A DNA stretch of 64,000 bases from Escherichia coli (GTDB taxonomy: Bacteria > Pseudomonadota > Gammaproteobacteria > Enterobacterales > Enterobacteriaceae): the NCBI RefSeq assembly GCF_003991155.1, contig NZ_CP031293.1, one strand, 5' to 3'. The notes below the pieces were generated by a model, which saw only the letters and a list, made by a program, of their open reading frames with translations, made no database searches and was not told where the DNA came from. Made by a program: the position numbers and the translations under genes. Of the stretch, positions 46,776 through 58,961 are shown piece after piece (positions within the stretch are counted from its first letter, which is position 1; each line of letters begins with the position of its first letter).

Positions 46776-47675
46776 ATGATTTTCAATATTCAGCGCTACT
46801 CGACCCATGATGGCCCCGGTATCCGCACGGTCGTATTTCTTAAAGGCTGTTCGCTGGGCTGCCGCTGGTGTCAGAACCCGGAAAGCCGCGCCCGCACGCA
46901 GGATCTGCTGTATGACCCACGTCTGTGCCTGGAAGGCTGTGAGCTGTGCGCTAAGGCCGCGCCGGACGTGATTGAGCGCGCGTTGAATGGTTTGCTTATT
47001 CATCGGGAAAAGTTAACCCCGGAGCATCTGACGGCGCTAACCGACTGCTGCCCGACACAGGCGTTAACCGTGTGTGGTGAAGTGAAAAGCGTTGAGGAGA
47101 TCATGGCGACCGTTCTGCGCGATAAACCGTTTTACGATCGCAGCGGCGGCGGCTTAACGCTTTCTGGCGGTGAACCGTTTATGCAGCCGGAAATGGCGAT
47201 GGCGCTACTGCAAGCCAGCCACGAGGCTGGCATTCATACTGCGGTAGAAACCTGTCTGCATGTGCCGTGGAAATATATCGCCCCTTCTCTGCCCTATATC
47301 GATCTGTTTCTTGCCGATTTAAAACACGTTGCCGACGCGCCGTTTAAACAGTGGACCGACGGTAACGCCGCCAGAGTGCTGGATAACCTGAAAAAACTCG
47401 CCTCAGCGGGCAAAAAAATCATTATCCGCGTACCGCTGATTCAGGGCTTTAATGCCGACGAAACCTCTGTAAAAGCCATTACCGATTTTGCCGCCGACGA
47501 GCTGCACGTTGGCGAAATTCATTTTCTGCCCTACCACACGCTGGGCATCAACAAATATCACTTACTTAATCTGCCCTATGACGCCCCGGAAAAACCGCTT
47601 GATGCGCCAGAACTGCTCGACTTTGCCCAGCAGTACGCCTGCCAGAAAGGGTTAACCGCGACCTTACGAGGATAA
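46776..47675 (+). CDS. ybiY: Glycyl-radical enzyme activating protein YbiY (PflE)
   Basis: Radical-SAM cluster motif [12 protein letters not shown]; about 299 aa from [10 protein letters not shown] (track start 46749 is an alternative). Confidence 0.8.
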   Translation: MIFNIQRYSTHDGPGIRTVVFLKGCSLGCRWCQNPESRARTQDLLYDPRLCLEGCELCAKAAPDVIERALNGLLIHREKLTPEHLTALTDCCPTQALTVCGEVKSVEEIMATVLRDKPFYDRSGGGLTLSGGEPFMQPEMAMALLQASHEAGIHTAVETCLHVPWKYIAPSLPYIDLFLADLKHVADAPFKQWTDGNAARVLDNLKKLASAGKKIIIRVPLIQGFNADETSVKAITDFAADELHVGEIHFLPYHTLGINKYHLLNLPYDAPEKPLDAPELLDFAQQYACQKGLTATLRG

Positions 47676-47680
47676 CAACC

Positions 47681-50113
47681 ATGACCACACTGAAACTGGA
47701 CACGCTCAGCGACCGCATTAAAGCGCACAAAAATGCGCTGGTGCATATTGTGAAACCACCAGTCTGTACCGAGCGCGCGCAGCACTATACCGAGATGTAT
47801 CAACAACATCTCGATAAGCCGATCCCGGTACGTCGCGCGCTGGCACTGGCGCATCACCTGGCGAATCGCACCATCTGGATCAAGCACGATGAGTTGATCA
47901 TCGGCAACCAGGCAAGCGAGGTTCGCGCCGCGCCGATCTTCCCGGAATATACCGTCTCGTGGATCGAAAAAGAGATTGATGATCTGGCAGATCGTCCGGG
48001 TGCTGGTTTTGCGGTGAGCGAGGAGAACAAACGTGTTCTGCATGAAGTGTGCCCGTGGTGGCGCGGTCAGACGGTACAGGATCGCTGCTACGGCATGTTT
48101 ACCGATGAGCAAAAAGGTCTGCTGGCGACCGGCATCATTAAAGCGGAGGGCAATATGACCTCCGGCGATGCGCACCTGGCGGTGAATTTCCCGCTACTGC
48201 TGGAAAAAGGGCTTGATGGTCTGCGTGAGAAAGTGGCGGAACGTCGCTCGCGCATCAATCTGACGGTACTGGAAGATCTGCACGGCGAGCAATTCCTGAA
48301 AGCGATTGATATCGTGCTGGTGGCAGTCAGTGAACACATTGAACGTTTCGCTGCCCTGGCGCGTGAAATGGCCACGACCGAAACCCGCGAAAGCCGTCGC
48401 GATGAACTGCTGGCGATGGCAGAAAACTGCGATCTTATCGCCCACCAACCGCCGCAGACTTTCTGGCAGGCGCTGCAACTGTGTTACTTCATCCAGTTGA
48501 TATTGCAGATCGAATCTAACGGTCACTCAGTATCTTTTGGTCGTATGGACCAGTATCTCTATCCATACTATCGCCGTGACGTTGAACTGAACCAGACACT
48601 GGATCGCGAACACGCCATCGAGATGCTGCATAGCTGCTGGTTGAAATTGCTGGAAGTGAACAAAATCCGCTCCGGCTCACACTCAAAAGCCTCTGCGGGA
48701 AGTCCGCTGTATCAGAACGTCACCATTGGCGGGCAAAATCTGGTTGATGGTCAACCGATGGACGCGGTAAATCCACTCTCTTATGCGATCCTCGAATCTT
48801 GCGGTCGCCTGCGTTCGACTCAGCCTAACCTCAGCGTGCGTTACCATGCGGGTATGAGTAACGATTTCCTCGACGCCTGTGTTCAGGTGATCCGCTGCGG
48901 CTTCGGGATGCCGGCGTTCAACAACGACGAAATCGTCATCCCGGAATTTATTAAACTCGGTATTGAACCGCAGGACGCTTACGACTATGCAGCGATTGGT
49001 TGTATCGAAACCGCCGTCGGTGGCAAATGGGGCTATCGCTGTACCGGCATGAGCTTTATCAACTTCGCCCGCGTGATGCTGGCGGCGCTGGAAGGCGGTC
49101 GTGATGCCACCAGCGGCAAAGTGTTCCTGCCACAAGAAAAAGCGTTGTCAGCGGGTAACTTCAACAACTTCGATGAAGTAATGGACGCATGGGATACGCA
49201 AATCCGTTACTACACGCGTAAATCAATCGAAATCGAATATGTCGTCGACACCATGCTGGAAGAGAACGTACACGATATTCTCTGCTCGGCGCTGGTGGAT
49301 GACTGTATTGAGCGAGCGAAAAGTATCAAGCAAGGCGGCGCGAAATATGACTGGGTTTCTGGCCTGCAGGTCGGCATTGCTAACCTCGGCAACAGCCTGG
49401 CGGCAGTGAAGAAACTGGTATTTGAACAGGGCGCGATTGGTCAGCAACAGCTGGCTGCCGCACTGGCGGATGACTTCGACGGCCTGACTCACGAGCAGCT
49501 GCGTCAGCGGCTGATTAACGGTGCGCCTAAGTACGGCAACGACGATGATACTGTCGATACGCTGCTGGCTCGCGCTTATCAGACCTATATCGACGAACTA
49601 AAACAGTACCATAACCCGCGCTATGGTCGTGGTCCGGTTGGCGGCAATTATTACGCGGGTACGTCATCTATCTCCGCTAACGTACCCTTTGGCGCGCAGA
49701 CGATGGCAACGCCGGACGGACGTAAAGCGCATACCCCGCTGGCAGAAGGCGCTAGTCCGGCCTCCGGTACTGACCATCTCGGCCCAACGGCGGTCATTGG
49801 CTCAGTGGGTAAACTGCCTACGGCCGCGATTCTCGGCGGCGTGCTGCTCAACCAGAAACTGAATCCAGCAACGCTGGAGAACGAATCTGACAAGCAGAAA
49901 CTGATGATCCTGCTGCGCACCTTCTTTGAAGTGCATAAAGGCTGGCATATTCAGTACAACATCGTTTCCCGCGAGACGCTGCTGGAGGCGAAAAAACATC
50001 CCGATCAGTATCGCGATCTGGTAGTGCGCGTCGCGGGCTATTCCGCCTTCTTCACCGCGCTCTCTCCAGACGCTCAGGACGATATCATCGCCCGTACTGA
50101 ACATATGCTGTAA
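47681..50113 (+). CDS. ybiW: Glycyl radical enzyme YbiW (PflF, pyruvate formate-lyase-like)
   Basis: 810 aa; C-terminal glycyl radical motif RVAGYSAFF; catalytic GCIE Cys pair region. Confidence 0.9.
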   Translation: MTTLKLDTLSDRIKAHKNALVHIVKPPVCTERAQHYTEMYQQHLDKPIPVRRALALAHHLANRTIWIKHDELIIGNQASEVRAAPIFPEYTVSWIEKEIDDLADRPGAGFAVSEENKRVLHEVCPWWRGQTVQDRCYGMFTDEQKGLLATGIIKAEGNMTSGDAHLAVNFPLLLEKGLDGLREKVAERRSRINLTVLEDLHGEQFLKAIDIVLVAVSEHIERFAALAREMATTETRESRRDELLAMAENCDLIAHQPPQTFWQALQLCYFIQLILQIESNGHSVSFGRMDQYLYPYYRRDVELNQTLDREHAIEMLHSCWLKLLEVNKIRSGSHSKASAGSPLYQNVTIGGQNLVDGQPMDAVNPLSYAILESCGRLRSTQPNLSVRYHAGMSNDFLDACVQVIRCGFGMPAFNNDEIVIPEFIKLGIEPQDAYDYAAIGCIETAVGGKWGYRCTGMSFINFARVMLAALEGGRDATSGKVFLPQEKALSAGNFNNFDEVMDAWDTQIRYYTRKSIEIEYVVDTMLEENVHDILCSALVDDCIERAKSIKQGGAKYDWVSGLQVGIANLGNSLAAVKKLVFEQGAIGQQQLAAALADDFDGLTHEQLRQRLINGAPKYGNDDDTVDTLLARAYQTYIDELKQYHNPRYGRGPVGGNYYAGTSSISANVPFGAQTMATPDGRKAHTPLAEGASPASGTDHLGPTAVIGSVGKLPTAAILGGVLLNQKLNPATLENESDKQKLMILLRTFFEVHKGWHIQYNIVSRETLLEAKKHPDQYRDLVVRVAGYSAFFTALSPDAQDDIIARTEHML

Positions 50114-50258
50114 TCTTCTCAGCCCGGCGGCGGCGTCGCCGGGCTAAATCATTCACATCATCAATTTCAGCCTCGCTTTCATTCGAAATATAATTTGTGC
50201 TCTGCGTCACATTGTTATTACACTGTTACGGTTTCATTTTCGAGCCAGGAGCACACCT

Positions 50259-51074
50259 ATGAGCGTAAAAGTTATCGTCACAGACATGGACGGTACTTTT
50301 CTTAACGACGCCAAAACGTACAACCAACCACGTTTTATGGCGCAATATCAGGAACTGAAAAAGCGCGGCATTGAGTTCGTTGTCGCTAGCGGTAATCAGT
50401 ATTACCAGCTTATTTCGTTCTTTCCTGAGCTAAAGGATGAGATCTCTTTTGTCGCGGAAAACGGCGCACTGGTTTACGAACATGGCAAGCAGTTGTTCCA
50501 CGGCGAACTGACCCGACATGAATCGCGGATTGTGATTGGCGAGTTGCTAAAAGATAAGCAACTCAATTTTGTCGCCTGCGGTCTGCAAAGTGCATATGTC
50601 AGCGAAAACGCCCCCGAAGCATTCGTCGCACTGATGGCAAAACACTACCATCGCCTGAAACCTGTAAAAGATTATCAGGAGATTGACGACGTACTGTTCA
50701 AGTTTTCGCTCAACCTGCCGGATGAACAAATCCCGTTAGTGATCGACAAACTGCACATAGCGCTCGATGGCATTATGAAACCCGTCACCAGTGGTTTTGG
50801 CTTTATCGACCTGATTATTCCCGGTCTACATAAAGCAAACGGTATTTCGCGGTTACTGAAACGCTGGGATCTGTCACCGCAAAATGTGGTAGCGATTGGC
50901 GACAGCGGTAACGATGCGGAGATGCTGAAAATGGCGCGTTATTCCTTTGCGATGGGCAATGCTGCGGAAAACATTAAACAAATCGCCCGTTACGCTACCG
51001 ATGATAATAATCATGAAGGCGCGCTGAATGTGATTCAGGCGGTGCTGGATAATATCGCTCCTTTCAATAGTTGA
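50259..51074 (+). CDS. ybiV: HAD-family sugar phosphatase YbiV (Cof-like)
   Basis: 271 aa; HAD motif VTDMDGTFL; paralogue of ybjI. Confidence 0.9.
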   Translation: MSVKVIVTDMDGTFLNDAKTYNQPRFMAQYQELKKRGIEFVVASGNQYYQLISFFPELKDEISFVAENGALVYEHGKQLFHGELTRHESRIVIGELLKDKQLNFVACGLQSAYVSENAPEAFVALMAKHYHRLKPVKDYQEIDDVLFKFSLNLPDEQIPLVIDKLHIALDGIMKPVTSGFGFIDLIIPGLHKANGISRLLKRWDLSPQNVVAIGDSGNDAEMLKMARYSFAMGNAAENIKQIARYATDDNNHEGALNVIQAVLDNIAPFNS

Positions 51075-51225
51075 TCTTCCCCCTGGCCGAAGTGACCACT
51101 TCGGCCTCTCTCCTTTTTGCTCGCTTTGTGCACTGACTCAAGATTTTTATCTTGCGTTAACTTATTTTTAACTTAATGTATCAATCGTAATCATTTTACT
51201 TTCGAATGAAAGAAGCGAGGTTGAT

Positions 51226-52485
51226 ATGACTTTTTCCTGTGAGACGCTGCCCACAGATGCGAAAGCGGCTATCCGAGAGATGAAAGCTGCGCTGCGAGGA
51301 CAGCTCGGTGATGTGCAACAGGTTTTCGATACACTCTCTGCAAAAATCGAAACGCGTGTTGCTGAAATCGATGCCCTAAAAGCGCAAGGGCTGCCGGTTT
51401 GGCCGGAAGTTTCTTATAGTGATATTGCCGCAGGTACAGTAAGCGATGCCACTCGCAATGAAATTAAACGTCGCGGCTGTGCAGTCATAAAAGGCCATTT
51501 CCCTCGCGAGCAGGCGATGGCGTGGGATCGTGCCATGCTCGATTATCTTGATATCAATCATTTTGATGATGTTTATAAAGGCCCTGGCGACAGTTTTTTC
51601 GGCTCGCTGGAGGCTTCTCGTCCCGAAATCTATCCCATTTACTGGTCGCAAGCACAGATGCAGGCGCGGCAGAGCGAAAACATGGCTGCTGTGCAATCTT
51701 TTCTAAACCGACTGTGGACGTCTGAAAGCAACGGCAAACAGTGGTTTAATCCTGATATCAGTGTGATTTATCCAGACAGGATCCGCCGCCGCCCTCCAGG
51801 TACTACATCTAAAGGCCTGGGCGCGCATACCGATTCTGGTGCGCTGGAACGGTGGTTATTACCCGCTTATCAGCGCGTTTTTGCCAATGTGTTTAATGGT
51901 AATTTCGATGATTACGATCCCTGGGATGCAGCACACCGGACCGATGTCGAAGAGTACACGGTAGATAACACTACAAAATGTTCGGTGTTCCGCACGTTTC
52001 AAGGCTGGACGGCGCTCTCTGATATGTTATCGGGTCAGGGATTGTTACATGTGGTGCCTATCCCGGAAGCGATGGCGTATGTTTTATTGCGCCCGCTGCT
52101 GGATGACGTACCGGACGATGAACTGTGCGGGGTTGCACCTGGCAAAGTTCTGCCCATTTCAGAGAAATGGCATCCACTACTGCTTAAAGCGCTGACTTCC
52201 ATTCCCGCGATAACAGCAGGGGATTCCGTCTGGTGGCACTGCGATGTGATTCACTCCGTCGCGCCAGTAGACAATCAACAGGGTTGGGGCAACGTGATGT
52301 ATATCCCTGCTGCGCCAATGTGCGAGAAAAATCGGGCTTATGCACACAAAGTCAAAATGGCGCTGGAAAAAGGCGCATCACCTGGCGACTTCCCGCGGGA
52401 AGATTATGAAGCAAACTGGGAAGGCCGCTTTACGCTGGAGGATCTGAACATTCACGGTAAGCGCGCACTGGGCATGGATGTTTGA
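51226..52485 (+). CDS. ybiU: DUF1479-family protein YbiU
   Basis: 419 aa at the K-12 position; identity from synteny and partial recognition. Confidence 0.8.
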   Translation: MTFSCETLPTDAKAAIREMKAALRGQLGDVQQVFDTLSAKIETRVAEIDALKAQGLPVWPEVSYSDIAAGTVSDATRNEIKRRGCAVIKGHFPREQAMAWDRAMLDYLDINHFDDVYKGPGDSFFGSLEASRPEIYPIYWSQAQMQARQSENMAAVQSFLNRLWTSESNGKQWFNPDISVIYPDRIRRRPPGTTSKGLGAHTDSGALERWLLPAYQRVFANVFNGNFDDYDPWDAAHRTDVEEYTVDNTTKCSVFRTFQGWTALSDMLSGQGLLHVVPIPEAMAYVLLRPLLDDVPDDELCGVAPGKVLPISEKWHPLLLKALTSIPAITAGDSVWWHCDVIHSVAPVDNQQGWGNVMYIPAAPMCEKNRAYAHKVKMALEKGASPGDFPREDYEANWEGRFTLEDLNIHGKRALGMDV

Positions 52486-52567
52486 GAGTTAATGGAAGTG
52501 AATTGATGTGGGATTAAGAAAATCGATTCGACGTTACTCAGATTGCTGACAAATGCGCTTTGTTAAT

Positions 52568-52603
52568 GCCTGATGCGGCGTTAACGCCTTATCCGGCCTA
52601 CAA
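52568..52603. repeat. REP element
   Basis: gcctgatgcggcgttaacgccttatccggcctaca matches REP consensus; adjacent to the IS element. Confidence 0.7.
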
Positions 52604-52636
52604 AGTCCTGCAGATTCAATATATTGCAGGTACTGC

Positions 52637-52695
<59 letters not shown>

Positions 52696-52724
52696 GCCAG
52701 ACACAGCGCCGTCAGGCGCTGTTG

Positions 52725-53929
<1,205 letters not shown>

Positions 53930-54004
53930 CATAGCGCATCAGGCAATCTTGCGTTTGTCATCAGCCGCCGTCACCCCGACAGTATCGGGCTGACGGATAA
54001 TAAC

Positions 54005-55597
54005 TTACTCGATCCCTTTACTACGCAGGTAATCTTCGTAATTACCGCTAAAGTCGATCACGCGTTCCGGGGTGATTTCCAGAATTCGGGTCGCCAGGGA
54101 GCTTACGAACTCACGGTCGTGTGAAACAAAGATCAGCGTGCCCTGATACAGTTCCAGCGCCATGTTCAGCGACTCAATGGATTCCATATCCAGGTGGTTG
54201 GTCGGTTCGTCCATGATCAGAATGTTCGGCTTCTGCATCATTAACTTACCAAACAGCATCCGCCCTTTTTCCCCACCGGAAAGCACTTTAGCTGGCTTTT
54301 TGATGTCGTCCTGGCTGAACAGCAAACGACCGAGAATGCTGCGTACCGCCTGCTCGTCATCGCCTTCCTGCTTCCACTGGCTCATCCATTCGAACACGGT
54401 CAGATCATTTTCAAACTCATATTCGTGGTCCTGAGCATAGTAACCAATGCGCGCGTTTTCAGACCATTTTACGGTGCCGCTGTCCGGTTGCAGATCGCCC
54501 ACCAGCGTTTTCAACAGCGTTGATTTACCGACGCCGTTGGTACCCAGTACCGCCAGTTTTTCACCGACCTCCAGCAGCAGGTTGAGATTTTTAAACAGCG
54601 GACCGTTATCAAACCCTTTGGTCAGACCTTCCACTTCCAGCGCATTACGGAACAGTTTCTTATCCTGTTCAAAACGGATGAACGGGTTCTGACGGCTGGA
54701 GGCTTTCACCTCTTCCAGTTTGATTTTATCAATCTGGCGCGCGCGCGAAGTTGCCTGGCGAGATTTCGAGGCGTTGGCGCTAAAGCGGCTAACGAAAGAT
54801 TGCAGCTCAGCAATCTGCGCCTTCTTCTTGGCGTTATCAGCCAGCAGACGTTCACGCGCCTGGGTCGCCGCCGTCATGTACTCATCGTAGTTGCCCGGAT
54901 AAACGCGCAGCTCGCCGTAATCCAGATCCGCCATGTGGGTACAAACCATGTTAAGGAAGTGACGGTCGTGCGAGATGATGATCATGGTGCTGTCACGCTC
55001 GTTCAGCACCTGTTCCAGCCAACGAATGGTGTCGATGTCGAGGTTGTTGGTCGGTTCGTCGAGCAGGAGAATGTCCGGATCAGCAAACAGCGCCTGCGCC
55101 AGCAGCACACGCAGCTTCCAGCCAGGAGCAACTTCACTCATCGGGCCGTAGTGTTGTTCCACTGGAATTCCCACGCCAAGCAACAGTTCACCGGCGCGAG
55201 CTTCCGCAGAGTAACCGTCCATTTCGCCGTATTTCACTTCCAGATCGGCCACTTTATAACCGTCTTCTTCGCTCATTTCCGGCAAAGCATAGATACGGTC
55301 GCGCTCCTGCTTCACTTCCCACAACTCTTTATGCCCCATGATCACCGTATCCAGCACGGTGAACTCTTCAAAGGCAAACTGATCCTGACGCAATTTACCA
55401 ATGCGCTCGTTGGGATCGAGGGAAACGTTACCCAGCGTCGGCTCTAAGTCGCCGCCGAGGATCTTCATAAAGGTGGATTTACCACTACCGTTCGCGCCAA
55501 TCAGGCCGTAACGGTTGCCGCCGCCAAACTTGACGGAAATGTTTTCAAACAACGGCTTACTGCCGAACTGCATGGTGACGTTACTGGAAACTAACAC
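54005..55597 (-). CDS. ybiT: ABC-F family ATPase YbiT
   Basis: 530 aa; two ABC cassettes (GANGSGKST and GTNGVGKST), no TM domain. Confidence 0.9.
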
Positions 55598-55815
55598 AGG
55601 CGTATCCTGAAAAGAGATATGACAAACCGCGTATTATGCCATAAGTCTGAAAGAAGATCCTGCTCCTCGCTTAAGGTCTACACTCAAGCCAAAGGCAAAA
55701 AATGTGATTTCGTACACATCTGATTTCACTGTGAGCTGGAATGAACTTATAATGCGCTTCCAATACTCTAATATTCTCAACCCAATGGCCTGCCAGGCAC
55801 AAAATCTCGCTTAAC

Positions 55816-56736
55816 ATGAATATGAAATTGAAAACATTATTCGCAGCGGCCTTCGCTGTTGTCGGCTTTTGCAGTACCGCCTCTGCGGTAACTTATCCTC
55901 TGCCAACCGACGGGAGTCGCCTGGTTGGTCAGAATCAGGTGATCACCATTCCTGAAGGTAACACTCAGCCGCTGGAGTATTTTGCCGCGGAGTACCAGAT
56001 GGGGCTTTCCAATATGATGGAAGCGAACCCGGGTGTGGATACCTTCCTGCCGAAAGGCGGTACTGTACTGAACATTCCGCAGCAGCTGATCCTGCCGGAT
56101 ACCGTTCATGAAGGCATCGTCATTAACAGTGCAGAGATGCGTCTGTATTACTATCCGAAAGGGACCAACACCGTTATCGTGCTGCCGATCGGCATTGGTC
56201 AGTTAGGCAAAGATACGCCTATCAACTGGACCACCAAAGTTGAGCGTAAGAAAGCAGGCCCGACCTGGACGCCGACCGCCAAAATGCACGCAGAGTACCG
56301 CGCTGCGGGCGAACCGCTTCCGGCTGTCGTTCCGGCAGGTCCGGATAACCCGATGGGGCTGTATGCACTCTACATCGGTCGCCTGTACGCTATCCATGGC
56401 ACCAACGCCAACTTCGGTATCGGCCTGCGTGTAAGTCATGGTTGTGTGCGTCTGCGTAACGAAGACATCAAATTCCTGTTCGAGAAAGTGCCTGTCGGTA
56501 CTCGCGTGCAGTTTATTGATGAGCCGGTGAAAGCGACTACCGAACCAGACGGCAGCCGTTACATTGAAGTCCATAACCCGCTGTCTACCACCGAAGCCCA
56601 GTTTGAAGGTCAGGAAATTGTGCCAATTACCCTGACGAAGAGCGTGCAGACAGTGACCGGTCAGCCAGATGTTGACCAGGTTGTTCTTGATGAAGCGATT
56701 AAAAACCGCTCCGGGATGCCGGTTCGTCTGAATTAA
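55816..56736 (+). CDS. ldtB: L,D-transpeptidase LdtB (YbiS)
   Basis: 306 aa with signal peptide; YkuD active site SHGCVRL. Confidence 0.9.
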
Positions 56737-56793
56737 TCGTCAAAACGTAAAACAAAGGCGGACTCATCATCCGCCTTTTTTATTTGCCTGACC

Positions 56794-57912
56794 TTACCAG
56801 GCCGGGATCATAACTAACAAAACGTATCCCACCAGCGCCGCCCACAACAGCATCGGTATTGAATAGAGATGGAAACGCCACCAGATGCGGCGATCGTTCG
56901 CCATCCGTAACGCAATCAAATTTGCCAGCGATCCGGGTAATAAACCAAAGCCACCTACGTTTACCGCCCATGCCAATAATAAAGACGGTGGCACATAATT
57001 GAGCAGCAAAATGGTACTCGGCACGTTACTGATCACCTGCGATAAACCGATTGCCGTTAACCATAACCCGGGTTCAGATAAATGACTCACGTTACCCAAC
57101 ACGCCTTGCAACGCTGGAAGCTGGGTCAGTAAATGGACGTCGATAAACATCGCCATAAACACCAGCAGCAGCGTCCAGTCCACACTGAGCACCACGCGAC
57201 GTGCCAGCAGCGCAAAGCCTGCCGCCACAATCACCAGTCCCCACAGCTCTTGTTTGAACTCCAGCGCCGTCAGAAAGACGATATACAGCCCCAGACAACT
57301 CCACACCAGCCGCGGTTTCCACTCCGGCGTTTGCGCCCCCGTATGGTACGGCAGCGCCTTTCCAGGGAAACAACACCAGCACAACAGCAGGAGTGTCAGC
57401 ATCATTGCGCCAGCCAGCGGTGCCATTTGGGCAATAAATCCGGCAAACGAAAGACCAGAACGTCCCCAGATAAGAATATTTTGCGGGTTGCCAATTGGCG
57501 TCAGTAGCGAACCCGCATTGACTGCCAGCGCCTCAAAAATAATCAGCCGATTAACCGGGATCTCACACAGTCTTTTTAGCGTGATAGTCAGCGGAACAAC
57601 TATAAACAGCGCGACATCGTTGGTCAGAAAGGTAGAAAGCAGCGCCGCCGCCAGCACCATAAACATCGCCAGCCGACGCTCCGTAGCAAAGCGGCGCACC
57701 ATTTTGCGCCCCAGCACATCAAAATAGCCGCTTAACTCCACACCTTTGGTCAGCAGCATCAGGCCGCTTAAGGTGATGATGGTGTGCCAGTCGATAGCAG
57801 CAGGCCATGATTTCGGTGCAAAGGGCACGAAAAAGCTTAATCCGATACCAACAAGAATTAATAACTGAAAAAAACGATCGCCTTGCAGCGTGCGTAAAAA
57901 AGGCAGGCTCAT
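56794..57912 (-). CDS. ybiR: Putative transporter YbiR (ArsB/NhaD superfamily)
   Basis: 372 aa polytopic protein; overlaps mntR stop. Confidence 0.85.
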
Positions 57913-58376
57913 TTGGCACCGTGTTTCTGGGTAAACAAACGAAAAGCGTCGAGCGTCTCTTCACTAACATGGTGCTCCATGCCTTCCGCGTCGCGACGGG
58001 CGATTTCCGGACTGACGCCCAACACCAACAAGAAATTTTCGACTATCTGATGTCGCTCGCGGCTTTCCTGCGCCAGCTTCTCTCCTTCTGCCGTTAAAAA
58101 CACGCCACGCCAGGGGATCATTTCAATCAGCCCCATGGTTGCCAGTCGCTTAAGCATTTTAGCCACCGTCGGTTGCGAAACTCCCAAACGAGCAGCCATG
58201 TCTACCTGACGAGCTTCCCCCACTTCCCTGATCAAGTCAGAAATCAGCTCAACGTAATCATCAATAAGCTCGCGCCGATGCGCCTCTCTGACCTGGCGGA
58301 ACCCTTCAACGTGCTCTTCCACGTTCACTAACTGCGTCACTTTTTTTGCTGTTGGCGTACCTGCGCGACGACTCAT
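57909..58376 (-). CDS. mntR: Manganese-responsive transcriptional regulator MntR (DtxR family)
   Basis: 155 aa, recognised sequence. Confidence 0.9.
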
Positions 58377-58485
58377 TGTGCTTCCTCATTATGGTGACGC
58401 ATACCTAGCGTTCTCATTTCGTGCGCACATTGTAAACCAGAGTTGCGAAGGTACAAAAAATTAACGTTTTAGCAATAGCTATATA

Positions 58486-58503
58486 ATATAGCCTGTGCTA
58501 TAT
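58486..58503. promoter_or_regulatory. Candidate MntR operator upstream of mntS
   Basis: Perfect inverted repeat ATATAGC-ctgt-GCTATAT about 60 bp upstream of the mntS ATG; AT-rich palindromes are typical of MntR boxes. Confidence 0.45.
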
Positions 58504-58561
58504 CTGTATGTAATGCAATCATCCCTCAAGGATCGACGGGATTAGCAAGTCAGGAGGTCTT

Positions 58562-58690
58562 ATGAATGAGTTCAAGAGGTGTATGCGCGTGTTTAGTCAT
58601 TCTCCCTTTAAAGTACGGTTAATGCTGCTCTCTATGTTGTGCGATATGGTCAACAACAAACCGCAGCAAGATAAACCTTCCGATAAATAG
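58562..58690 (+). CDS. mntS: Small protein MntS (42 aa), Mn homeostasis
   Basis: Hand-translated: MNEFKRCMRVFSHSPFKVRLMLLSMLCDMVNNKPQQDKPSDK*; SD aggagg 6 nt upstream; below the 60-aa cutoff so absent from the ORF track. Confidence 0.8.
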   Translation: MNEFKRCMRVFSHSPFKVRLMLLSMLCDMVNNKPQQDKPSDK

Positions 58691-58961
58691 CGGCGTCGCG
58701 GTACGCCGCTTCACTCCTGCTTTTATGCAGGCACAACGCGTTTTGGTCTGAAAAACCCCACTTTTTGTCGGATTTGCAATCCCCTTCGCAAAAGATTTGT
58801 TCGTCAGTAGTTGACCTGAACGGCGGCTCGCTCTATCTTCTTGCAGCCCTGCGTATATTGCGGCTCGCGGATGCGGACCCCTTTCCCCTCTCCACGCACT
58901 CTTGCAGGTATTGACCCTTGACGCCAGGGTAAGCACATGGCGTTTGTTACGATAGTGGCAT

